Shown here: positions 1 to 11,500 of the stretch, piece after piece
Numbering within the stretch: the first letter of the stretch is position 1
Layout: the number at the start of each line of letters is the position of its first letter
DNA from: Anaeramoeba ignava BMAN
Lineage: Eukaryota > Protista > Anaeramoebae
DNA length: 64,000 bases
NCBI GenBank assembly: GCA_028826165.1
Contig: JAPDFW010000044.1
Span: 658,774 to 722,773 of the forward strand
Direction of reading: 5' to 3'
The notes under the pieces: model-generated
Seen by the model: the letters and a program-made list of their open reading frames with translations, nothing else
Database searches by the model: none
What the model was told of the DNA's origin: nothing
Position numbers and translations under genes: made by a program

Positions 1-1696
1 TATAAATAAATTTGTAAATAAATTTCTAAATAATTTATAAATAAATTTTTAAATAAATTTCAAATAATTTTATAAATAATTTTATAAATAAATTTTATAA
101 ATAAATTTATAAATAAATTTCTAAATAAATTTTAAATAAATTTCTAAATAAATTTTAAATAAATTTTAAATAAATTTATAAATAAATTTCTAAATAAATT
201 TATAAATAATTTTTATAAATAAATTTATAAATAATTTTATAAATAATTTTATAAATAATTTTATAAATAAATTTGTAAATAATTTTATAAATAAATTTTG
301 TAAATAAATTTATAAATAAATTTTAAATAATTTTTGTAAATAATTTTTATAAATAAATTTCTAAATAATTTATAAATAAATTTTTTAAATAATTTTTGTA
401 AATAATTTTTATAAATAAATTTCTAAAATAAATTTATAAATAATTTTGTAAATAATTTTATAAATAATTTTATAAATAAATTTTAAATAATTTTATAAAT
501 AATTTTATAAATAAATTTATAAATAAATTTCTAAATAAATTTATAAATAATTTTGTAAATAATTTTATAAATAATTTTATAAATATATTTTTAAATAATT
601 TTATAAAATAAATTTTTAAATAAATTTCAAATAATTTTATAAATAAATTTTGTAAATAAATTTTTATATAAATTTTTAAATAAATTTCTAACTAAATTTC
701 TAAATAAATTTATAAATAATTTTATAAATAATTTTTGTAAATAAATTTTAAATAAATTTTTAAATAAATTTCTAAATGAATTTTATAAATAAATTTTGTA
801 AATAATTTTATAAATAATTTTATAAATAATTTTATAAAATAATTTTATAAATAATTTTATAAATAAATAATTTTATAAATAAATTTATAAATAATTTATA
901 AATAAAATTTTAAAATAATTTTATAAATAAATTTTTAAATAAAAATAAAATTTTTAAATAATTTTTTTAAATAAATTTTATAAATAATTTTTTAAATAAA
1001 TTTTAAATAAATTTTTAAATAATTTTATAAATAATTTTGTAAATAAATTTATAAATAAATTTTATAAAATAATTTTATAAATAATTTTATAAATAAATTT
1101 ATAAAATAAATTTTAAATAAATTTAAATAAATTTGTAAATAATTTTATAAATAATTTTGTAAATAAATTTTATAAATAATTTTATAAATAATTTTATAAA
1201 TAAATTTTATAAATAAATTTATAAATAATTTTATAAATAATTTTATAAATAATTTTATAAATAAATTTTATAAATAAATTTTAAATAAATTTCTAAATAA
1301 TTTTATAAATAAATTTTTTAAATAAATTTTTAAATAAATTTTATAAATAAATTTATAAATAAATTTATAAATAATTTTATATTTAATTTTATAAATAATT
1401 TTATAAATAAATTTTTAAATAATTTTTTAAATAATTTTATAAATAATTTTATAAATAAATTTATAAATAAATTTATAAATAAATTTTTAAATAATTTTAT
1501 AAATAATTTTATAAATAAATTTTTAAATAATTTTATAAATAATTTTATAAATAAATTTTATAAATAAATTTCTAAATAAATTTTTAAATAAATTTTTAAA
1601 TAATTTTATAAATAATTTTATAAATAAATTTTTAAATAAATTTTTAAATAAATTTTTAAATAAATTTATAAATAAATTTTTAAATAAATTTCTAAC
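1..1696. repeat. Intronic AT satellite, ~11-13 bp units (TAAATAA(A)TTTTA variants)
   Basis: Degenerate tandem repeat read directly; lies in the LIM gene intron. Confidence 0.9.
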
Positions 1697-1980
1697 TGAG
1701 GATGATAAGTTTTTTGAGTAGAAGTATGAATAACTTTTCCAATACAAAGACCACCACATCTAGTACAATAAAAATCAATATTTACACAAGAACGATGATA
1801 ATATTTTCCTTGATGTTCAACAACATCTCCAGAATCAATAATCCGATTGCAACCCTCACATCGATATTGAACATTGGTTTCAACAGCAATAGGTTTTGGA
1901 TCCGTTTTCCCAAGCATCGCAGAAAGTGTACTATCTGTATCATTCTTTTTAAATCTTGAACTCAAATATTCATAACTCAT
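1697..1980 (-). CDS. LIM-type zinc-finger protein, exon 1 (gene continues past the window start)
   Basis: MSYEY...CEGC-x17-HRSC..CTRC-x17-HP; GT donor (GTTAGA) at 1696, followed by a simple-repeat intron to position 1. Confidence 0.75.
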
Positions 1981-2162
1981 TATTTTTTTTTTTGGAAATT
2001 TAAAAAATTTTTTTTAAAAAGAAAAAAAAAATGAAAAAAAAAAAAGCAAAAAAATATTTCATAAAATAAAATTGAAATAAATTGTTTCATTTTTTTTTTC
2101 CTTTTTTTTCTTTCTTTATTGCTTTCTTTCTTTTTAAATTTGTTACTTTTTTTTTTTATAAA

Positions 2163-5100
2163 ATGGATATTTGGGGAATTATTCAAGCAAATAAACTCGA
2201 TTCGTTAAAAAAAATTCAAACACTTTCAGAAAAACAATTAAGAAAAGATGAAAAACCTGTTTTAAATTTTGCGATCCAAAAAAAAGCAACAACGCAAATG
2301 ATTTTGAACTAATTTCCAAAGGAGCCAACCCGAATTCTGTTGATAATTTAAAGCGGAATTCACTTCAAATGGCGATTATGAACAAATCATCAAGTGAAAT
2401 GATTGAATTATTGATTTCAAAAGGAGCCTCAATCAACCAAAAGGACAAAAAAGGAAAAACAAGTGTTCATTATGCAGTAATTTATTTAGAAAACGAAAGC
2501 ACAATTGAGATTGTTGAGTATTTGATAGCAAAAGGAGGCGATATTAGGGCAAGAACAAACAAAAATGAAACAGCTTTGCATTTGGCTTGCCAGAAAAACT
2601 CTTTGAAAGTGATCCAATTCTTGATTCAAAAAGGAATCGACATCAACGCAAAAACAACCGAAAACGAAACAGCTTTACATTTTGCCTGCCAAAAAAATTC
2701 CGCTGAAGTTATTCGTTTTTTGATGGAAAAAGGAATCGACATCAACGCAAAAACAACCGAAAATAAAACAAGTCTTCATTTTGCCTGCCAAAATAATTCC
2801 CTTGAGATCATTAAGTACTTGATTGAGCAAAAGCTCGATCTCAAAGCCAAAACAAACCAAAACAAAAGTCTTTTGCATTTTGCCTGTGAGAGTAATTCGC
2901 TTGACGTGATCCAATTTTTGATTGAAAACGGGTTCCATGCCAATTCCCGTACAAAAAGCGATCAAACAGCGCTCCATTTTGCCTGCAAAAAAAACTCTCT
3001 TGATATCATCACCTTTTTGATTGAAAAGGGAGCAGATATAAATGCAAAAACAAAGGGGAACGAAACTGGACTTCATTTTGCCTGCCAAAAAAACTCTTTT
3101 GAGGTGATTCAATATCTGGTCTCGCAAAAAATAGATATCCACACAAAAACCGAAGCCAAAATGACTGCACTGCATTTCGCATGCAGATACAAACCGCTTG
3201 AGGTGATAAAATTTCTGATTTCCAAGGGGCTTGACATCAACGAAAAAACGGACGAGAATCAAAACCTTTTGCATTTTGCCTGTGAGAGTAACTCTCTTGA
3301 TGTGATCCAATTTTTAGTGTCAAAAGAGTTTGACATCAACGACAAAACTGACGAAAATAAAACCGCGTTGCATTTTGCGTGCGAGAACAATTCCTCGCTT
3401 CAAATTATCGAGTATCTCGTTGAGAAGGGTGGCGACATCACGGAAAAAACAAAGCAGAACGAAACAGTGCTACATTTTGCGTGCGAACACAACTCCTCGA
3501 TTCAGGTGATTCAATACTTGATTTCAAAAGGAAATGAGATCAACGCACAAACGGAAGAAAATATGACACCTCTCCATTTTGCCTGCCATAACAACTCTTT
3601 TGAGGTGATAAAGTATCTCGTTGAGAAAGGTGCAAATATCCAGGCAACAACAACATATGCAGAGACTGTGCTCCACTTTGCCTGTCAGAGTAATTCGCTT
3701 GATGTCGTGAAGTATCTTGTTGAGAAAGGTGCTGATCCAAACGCAAAAGCAGATTTCTACAAGAGATTCTCGCAAACACCGCTGCACGTTGCATGCAAGA
3801 GTAATCTTTTTGAGGTGATCGAGTATCTTGTTGAGCAGGGTGCTGAGATATTCGCCCGAACAAAATTCGATGAAACACCTTTGCACATCGCCTGTCAATA
3901 CAACTCCTTAAATGTCATCCAATATTTAGTTGAACAAGATGCCGATTACGATGCCGCGAAATTTCTCAACCAGACAGTGCTGCATCTTGCTTGCAAAAAC
4001 AACTCGCTCGATGTGGTGCAGTACTTGATTGAAAAAGGCGCCAATATAGACGCCAAAACGCGCAATGACGAAGAAACAATTCTTCATTTCGCGTGCAGAA
4101 GTAATTCGTTCGAAGTGATTGAATACTTGATTCAAAAGGGACTCGACATAAACGCCAAAACAAAAGAAGATCTGACGCCTCTGCACATTGCATGCAGAAG
4201 TAACTCCTTCAAGGTCATCAAGTTGCTAGTCGAGAAGGGAGTAAGCATCAACTCACTGACTAAGCAGAACCAAAATGCACTTCACATTGCCTGTCAAAAC
4301 AACTCTTTTGAAGTGATAAGATATCTTGTTGAGAAGGGGATCGACATCAATGCAAGAACAACCTATGGACAGACTGCACTGCATTACGCCTGTCAAAACA
4401 ACTCTTTTGAAGTAATCAAGTATCTTGTTGAGAAGGGACTTGACATGAACGCAAAAACAAACGGAAACGAATCAACGTTGCATTTTGCTTGTCAGTTCAA
4501 TACTTCATTTGAACTGATCAATCTTCTTATTGAAAAGGGTGCAGATTGCACTGAGAAAACAAACGAAAATCAAACCGCTGTGTATTTCGCCTGCAAAAAC
4601 AACCCTTCGCTAAGAGTGGTGAAGTTACTCGTTGAGAAAGGAGCAGATATCAACGAGAAAACCACAAAGAATGAAACAGTGCTTCATGTTGCCTGTCAAT
4701 TCAACTCGCCATTTGAGGTGATCAAGTACCTCGTTGAGCAAGGCGTCGACATCAATGCGAAGACAAAATTCGACCAAACCGCGTTGCAATTAGCCATCCA
4801 ATACAACTCTTTTGAGGTCGTTGAATATCTTATCGAGAACGGCGCGGATATCAACCAGAAAACAAGTGAAAACCAAACCGTTTTGCATATCGCTTGTCAT
4901 TACAACTTGCCCCCGAATGTTATTAAGCTATTGATTGAAAAGGGATCCAATGTCAACGCGAGAACAAACCGAAACGAAACGGCTTTGCACATCGCGTGCC
5001 AGAAAAACTCGATCGAGGTGATTGATTATTTGATCGAGAAAGGCGTGAATATCAACGAGAAAACAAACTATGATAAAACACCACTTTCCATTTCAATTGC

Positions 5101-5942
5101 ATATCGAAACCAGAATGCAGTGAGAATTCTGCTCAAGAATAACGCAAATGTTTTCGAACTGAAAAAAACAGAAATCACAAAGAGAATTCGTTAGTCTATT
5201 CAAAGAGGTGTATTCGATCAACGAAGACATGTTCAAGCTCTTCATCCGAAAAACATTTACAGACACAGAAATCGAATGCAATGACGGGTCTAAGTTTTTC
5301 GTTCACAAAATTATTCTTCTCACAAGATTTGACAACGAAGAATCGATATACCAAAAATTCGTTGAAATTTGCAAAGAAAAGCCCAAAGAAGACGTTCAAT
5401 TTGCAATCAATTTTCTTTACACTGGATTCCCCCATTTTATCCAAATTAGAAAAACAATTATGGAAGAAAAACTTGATACTTCTTATGAAATGGAAAAATT
5501 CCAGAAAGACCAGAAATCTTTGTGGAAAAAGAAAAAAACCCAAGTCAAGGCTTTATTCAAAGAAATCGGACTCAAATCCAAATGGGTTCATTCAAAACAA
5601 GGAAGAAAAGGTCTTCTCAAAGACTTGCATTCCCTTTATCATCAAGAATCAACAAAAGATTTCGCAATTCTTTTTGAAAAAGGAAAACAAATCAAAATTC
5701 ATAAAATAATTTTGGTTCTGAGAAGCGATTTATACAAAGGAATGTTCCAAAGCGTAAAAAAACAATCTAATCAAGTTTACGATTATTCCGGCAAATCTTA
5801 TGAATCTTTAAATCAAATGATCTATTATTTTTATCACGATGAATTTGATGAATCAAAGCTTAATCCACATATTATTGAAGAACTCGAAAATGTGAAAGAA
5901 TATTATAAATTAAATCCATCTTCAAATTTACATTTAAATTAA
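2163..5942 (+). CDS. Intronless ankyrin-repeat (~28 repeats) + tandem BTB/POZ protein; two apparent frameshifts (~2303, ~5180)
   Basis: ATG 2163 MDIWGIIQ; repeats TALHFACQxNSxEVIxYLxEKGxDINAKT; C-terminal FTDTEIEC..VHKIIL and KDFAI..IHKIILVLRSDLYKGMF (BTB). One-base corrections join the three ORFs. Confidence 0.85.
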
Positions 5943-6047
5943 AAATGGATTTGATTTAATTTGATTTTTTTTTTCTTTTCTTTCTTCAAAAAGAAAATTT
6001 AAGTAAAAAATAATTTCCCAAATAATAAAAAAATTTTTTTATTATTT

Positions 6048-8474
6048 TTATTTTTCATTCTTTTTTAAATTTTCTTCAATTAATAAATCAAGAGAAGAAT
6101 CTTCATTTAATTGATAAAAAATAACAGCATCATCTAATTCTTTGAAAATTTCATTTGAAATATTTTTTGGTAATTCATCATGATAAATAAAATAAACAAA
6201 AGCATTAATAGCTTCTAATGATTTTTCACTGTAATCTGTAACTTGATTTGATTTATCATTCACAGATAAAAACATGCCTCTAAAAAGCTCACTTCTTGCA
6301 AGTAAAATTAGTTTGTGAACAGGAATAAATTGATCACCAACAAAAATCCGAAAATCTTTTGATTCTTCATCTTCATATAAATTTTTTAAATCGTAAAGTA
6401 TTCCATTTCTTCCAATTTTCAAAATGTACTCTTTATTTCCAATTTCCTCAAAAAATGTTTTTAATTCTTTAAAATATTTTGCTTCATATTTTCCTGTGTA
6501 AATAAAATACAATATTCTTTCTATGTCTTCCTCATTTCTAAGCAATAAAATGTTGATGAATTTTGTAAATGGAATGTTTTTTCCAATTCTGAATTGAACA
6601 TAAAGTTTGTGTATTCCTCGAATATATTTTCCTTTTTTAATTTCATAATCTGTTAGTTCTTTTCTTTCAAACAATATTTCCATGTCTCTAAATAAGGAAA
6701 TATGTGATTTTAAGTTCGGGATAATTGATTTGTTTCTTAATAAATCAATTGGTATTTTTCCCTTTTATTTTTTTTTTTTTAAAAATTTTCAATTTAAATG
6801 AACAATTTTTTTAAAAAAAAGTTGATCATTTTTTGATTTACACTCTTTTTTTTTTTTAAGAAATATTTAAAAAAAATCTTTAATTATTTTATAAAATATT
6901 TTCTTCTTACGTTCTAAATTTTCAAATTAATAATAAGAATAAAAAATAAATAATAAAAAATAATTAATAAAAAATAATTAATAAAAAATATTTATAATAT
7001 TTATAATATTTATAATATTTATAATATTTATAATATTTATAATATTTATAATATTTATAATATTTATAATATTTATAATATTTATAATATTTATAATATT
7101 TAACATTTTTAATATCCATTTTTGCTCCATAAGAAAGTAATAATTTCATAACATTTTCTTGTGTTTGAAAAATTATTGAAAGATGTAAAGGAGTTTGTCC
7201 CTAAATAATATAATTGAATTTATTATTTTTATTATTATTTTTTTCAATTCTAAATAAAAGAATTAATTACAGTCTAAAAAAAGAAAAAGAAAAAGAAAAT
7301 TTAAAGACAAAATAATTTGAAAAGAAGGAATCTATTTGAAAATTACTTTCTAACAAAAGGAAATTAAAATTAAAATTAAAATTTTGATTTTGATTTTGAT
7401 TTTGATTTTAATTTTAATTTTGATTTTGATTTTGATTTTAATTTTAATTTTGATTTTGATTTTGATTTTAATTTTGATTTTGGTTTTGATTTTGATTTTG
7501 ATTTTAATTTTGATTTTGATTTTAATTTTGATTTTGATTTTGATTTTAATTTTGATTTAAATTTTGATTTTGATTTTGATTTTGATTTTGATTTTGATTT
7601 TGATTTTGATTTTGATTTTAATTTTGATTTTGATTTTGATTTTAATTTTGATTTTAATTTTAATTTTGATTTTGATTTAAATTTTGATTTTAATTTTGAT
7701 TTTGATTTTGATTTTAATTTTGATTTTGATTTTGATTTTAATTTTAATTCATTTTAATTTTAATTTTAATTTTGTACATTTTGAATATTTGGATCTGCTC
7801 CAGAATCAAGCAGAAGTTTTACACATTCAAAATCACATTTATGCCAACAAGCAAAATGAAGAGGAGAGTAACCCTTTTAATTATTAATTAATTTTTAATT
7901 ATTAATTTTTAATTATCAATTTTTAATTATTAATTAATTATTAATTATTAATTTTTAATTATTAATTAATTATTAATTATTAATTTTCAATTATGATTTT
8001 AAATAAAAAAAATACTTTCTAAATTATTTAAAAAAATATTTCAAATTAAAAATTAAAAATTAAAAATTAAAAATTTAAAATTAAAAATTAAAATTACTTG
8101 CTAAATTTTTAATACAAAAAAAATTAATTGTTAAATTGATGTTTTTTTTTTTTGGTTTACATCAAATTGATTAACTAAACTTCCTGATTCTATTAATAAC
8201 TTAAACGTTGGTAATTTTTTTTTGGAAATACAAGCAAAATGAAGTAAACTATAACCCTAAATTTATAATTTATAATTATAATTTAAATTAAAAATTTTAT
8301 TAAAAAAAAATTACTTGCTAAATTTAAAATTTTTTTTTGGAAATTAAATTTTTGCTTTTTATAAATAAAAATAAATAATCTAACAAATAAAATATTTATA
8401 TTTTCTGAGTTAATTTGATTTTTAAGTGAAACTAAATCATCTTGAGTAAGAAATTGAAATAAAATTTGAGACAT
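6048..8474 (-). CDS. Ankyrin-repeat + tandem BTB protein (~370 aa), 12 exons including seven 3-nt microexons
   Basis: Exons 8474-8385, [8317-8315], 8256-8161, [8100-8098], [8018-8016], 7873-7778, [7349-7347], [7273-7271], 7200-7105, [6913-6911], [6844-6842], 6761-6048; all phase-0 GT-AG introns; product has GYSLLHFAC, GYSPLHFAC, GQTPLHLS, GKIPIDL, then BTB (VHKLILLARSELFRGMF). Confidence 0.85.
6989..7100. repeat. 9-bp tandem repeat (TTTATAATA)n in intron
   Basis: About 12 copies read directly. Confidence 0.9.
7365..7772. repeat. Hexamer microsatellite (ATTTTG/ATTTTA)n in intron
   Basis: Read directly; produces the spurious ILILIL ORF. Confidence 0.9.
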
Positions 8475-8494
8475 TTTATTTTTTGGAAATTTAA

Positions 8495-8555
8495 AAAAAA
8501 AAAAAGGAAAAAAAAAATGAAAAAAATTTTTTCATTTTTTTTTCTTTTTTAAAAA
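8495..8555. promoter_or_regulatory. Putative bidirectional core promoter with back-to-back TCATTTT (Inr-like) motifs
   Basis: 81-bp gap between divergent ATGs contains the near-palindrome AAAAAAATGAAAAAAATTTTTTCATTTTTT. Confidence 0.5.
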
Positions 8556-11500
8556 ATGTTTTCTTCTTTTGAATTATTTAATATTTTTAAAAAAATTACA
8601 AATTATAAAAAAGAAGAGAAAAAAACAATTACAAATCAAATAAATTTTTTAAAACAAACTTTAACTGAAAAAAACCAAACTAATTCAGAATTAGCAATTG
8701 AATATTTATCAACTTTAGCAATTGAATATCCAAAAATATATTCATCTTCAAATTTTTTTCAAGATTTTACAGATTCAATTACAATTTTAAGTCATGGATC
8801 AATTTCTCTTGCAATTGAAAAATTAATATTTTCATTTCAACATAAAAAATACTCTCAAGATTTTAAATCATATTTTCCTTTTATTCAAATTTTCAATAAA
8901 AGACCCGAATGTTTTACTTTAATTGTCGACAATTTTTATCAATTTTGGATTCAAAATCAAAATCAGAATTTTTTCTTCCAATTTTTTAAACAAAATTCTC
9001 AATTATTTGCCCATATCTTTTCAAGAATCAATTTAAATCAAATACAAAATCAAGCTGTCAAATATTTACAATCAAAAATCAATACTTTTTTAGGGAAATC
9101 ACTCAATGAAGAAAATCACAAATTATTTGCTTCCTTTTTGATTTATTCCTCAAAATTCAAGCTTCTCAAAGAATCAGAAAAAAATCAATTTGCAAAAAAA
9201 AGAATGAAAAAATATGATAATAGCAATATAAATATTGAGTTTGTGGAGCTTATTGATAATATTCTTTTGTTGGAAAATTTGCAAACACGTATTCAAACAC
9301 GCATTTTTATTTTGGAAATGTGCATTTATATTGATATCAATATCCCAAATCCAGACCAATTTTCAATCTCTATTTTGCAATTATTAAAAAACTACCCACA
9401 AGAAATTCTCTCTAAACCATCAAAAGCAACACTTTATCAAATTAATTCATATATTCTTTTATTATCTGCTCTAATTTTCATGTCAAAATCTCTTCAGGAA
9501 AAACATATATTAGTTTCTTTACTGCAGAATTTTCTTTGTGAAATTTCACCAGAAAAAATATCCAAAACAATTTTGTTTGTTGCATTAATGCCTGTGATCG
9601 ATTTTTCTTTCCATTCTCCCTCCAATTTGAAATCACAACAACTCACAAATAAATGCTTGTTGAGAATCCAAGAACTTATTCATTCAAAAGAACAATTCCA
9701 AAAACCTCATCATCAATTTGTCACAAAATTGCTACTTGATAATATTCATCTCAATTATTTGGCGCAAAAAATCGGATTGTATGAGATTTACCAACTTTAT
9801 AATTTTTTCCACATTATCGAAAAGGCTTTTTCTGGAGATGAAAATGTTTTATTTCCTCTTCAAAAAATGTTGCGAAAAATGGAAATGGAAAAATATTCAT
9901 CAAATCTTAGCAATTTTGGTTTCTGTTGTGTATCACTTTGTATTTCATCACTTACTTTCCATCCTGATCAAAATATACGAGGCTTTGCTTTTGATACAAT
10001 TCAAAATATTCTCGTTTATTTGGGAGAAAAAACAGAATTTCTGTTTCCTTTATTACTTCATCATTTGCAAAGGGAAGAAGAGCCCAAATTGACTAATTTG
10101 ATCATGAATTTACTTCCGAGTTTCGCTTCCCATAAAAATTACACGCTCCAAGTTGTTCGGAGCGTTGATACCTTTTTCACTTCAAAAAACATCTCTTTGA
10201 AATCAAGTGCATTGATTTTAGCATCCAAAATATTTGAAAGAAACAACAGAACATTTTCCAAGCTCGAGGTTATGATTCGCAAAATTGCAGATCTACAAAA
10301 TGATTTCGTAGATCAACAACAATCACTCGAGCTCAAAATTGGTGTTATTCAAGCAATAAAAATGGTGTGTCAAACAGACGAAGAAAAAGGAATCGGCTTT
10401 TTTGGACATCATCTCAAGAATGATTTATGAGGAAAAAAATCCCAGCGTATCTGCTTTAGGGATTGAGTGTGTCCAAATTCTCTGCGAAAAGGAAGAACTT
10501 GATTTCATTTTGGTTTGGAGTGTTTTATCAAGAAAATTATTTAAAACTGAAGAAAATTTAATAAATATAACAAAATTAACGGAATTGGATGGTTTGATTC
10601 TTGAAAAATTGGCAAGTTTATGGGGATGTGGAGCTGAAGTAAAAGTAGAAATACCCGATGAATCTCGCCAAATTGAAGCGAGTGAAAAATACATTATTGT
10701 GAAAAATATTCTTGATCTTTTATGGGAATGCATCAAAAACGATTACCCTCTTTATATTCGCGAATCAAGTTGCAAATCACTGGAAACATTTTTGCTAGTC
10801 AATGAGAAAATGTTTTTCCATTCGCTTCTTGATTTCGAGGATTTTGATGAAAAAATTACTTTGTTGTTTGAAGGAGTTTATAATTCAAAAACAGAAAATT
10901 TTTCTTCATTATGCGCCAATCTAATCAACCACGAGTATAAAGTCACACGAGGATATAGAAACCAAGAAGACACATCAAGATCTCAAGAATCACTTACAAA
11001 AGCCATGAAAATCCTCAAGGAAATATCATCATTAGTATACCAAAAATATTTAGATTCAAACAACACTATTTGCCAAGGAATTATTTTTATTGACCCCATT
11101 TTATTATTAAGAAGGGAAAACAACCCTTCAATGGATTTTTCTTTGTCGGATTTAACCAATGATTTAGTTTGCAATGATTGGATTTTGCAATTTTTTGGTT
11201 TTTTTGGATGGCCGCTTTTTATGAAAAGATATACTGATTCTCAAATTGAGAATAATACCCAAAAATCAGGATTTGATTTGAAGGATAATTTGGAAGCGAT
11301 AGAATCGATTTTTGAGGAATTAAAGCAGACTGAAAAAACACAAAAAAATAACTCAAAATCAGTCAATTCAATGATGGCCATTTCATCGCTTTCATATTCG
11401 TTTTTTTCATCACTTAATTCTGGGTTTTTGAATATGGAATACAACGCAAAACTTGATGATATTTATCATTTTATGATGGATGTTTTCCAGAATCAAGAAA

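Larger units (their letters stand above)
6842..8317 (-). other. Seven single-codon microexons (CAA, CAA, AAA, AAA, ACT, AAC, AGT in transcript order)
   Basis: Each reads AG|NNN|GTA on the minus strand at 8315-8317, 8098-8100, 8016-8018, 7347-7349, 7271-7273, 6911-6913, 6842-6844. Confidence 0.8.

Noticed and set aside
2675-5709. Antisense and overlapping ORFs in the ankyrin gene (and similar ones in FOCAD, COPA, RNF213)
   Set aside because: Shadow ORFs of repetitive or higher-GC coding sequence with no recognisable motifs.
6842-8317. Recursive-splicing (AG|GT ratchet) sites or chance motifs as the explanation of the AG-NNN-GT units
   Set aside because: Each has exactly one sense codon between AG and GT, there are exactly two after each 96-nt ankyrin exon, and they supply exactly the residues the ankyrin consensus lacks.
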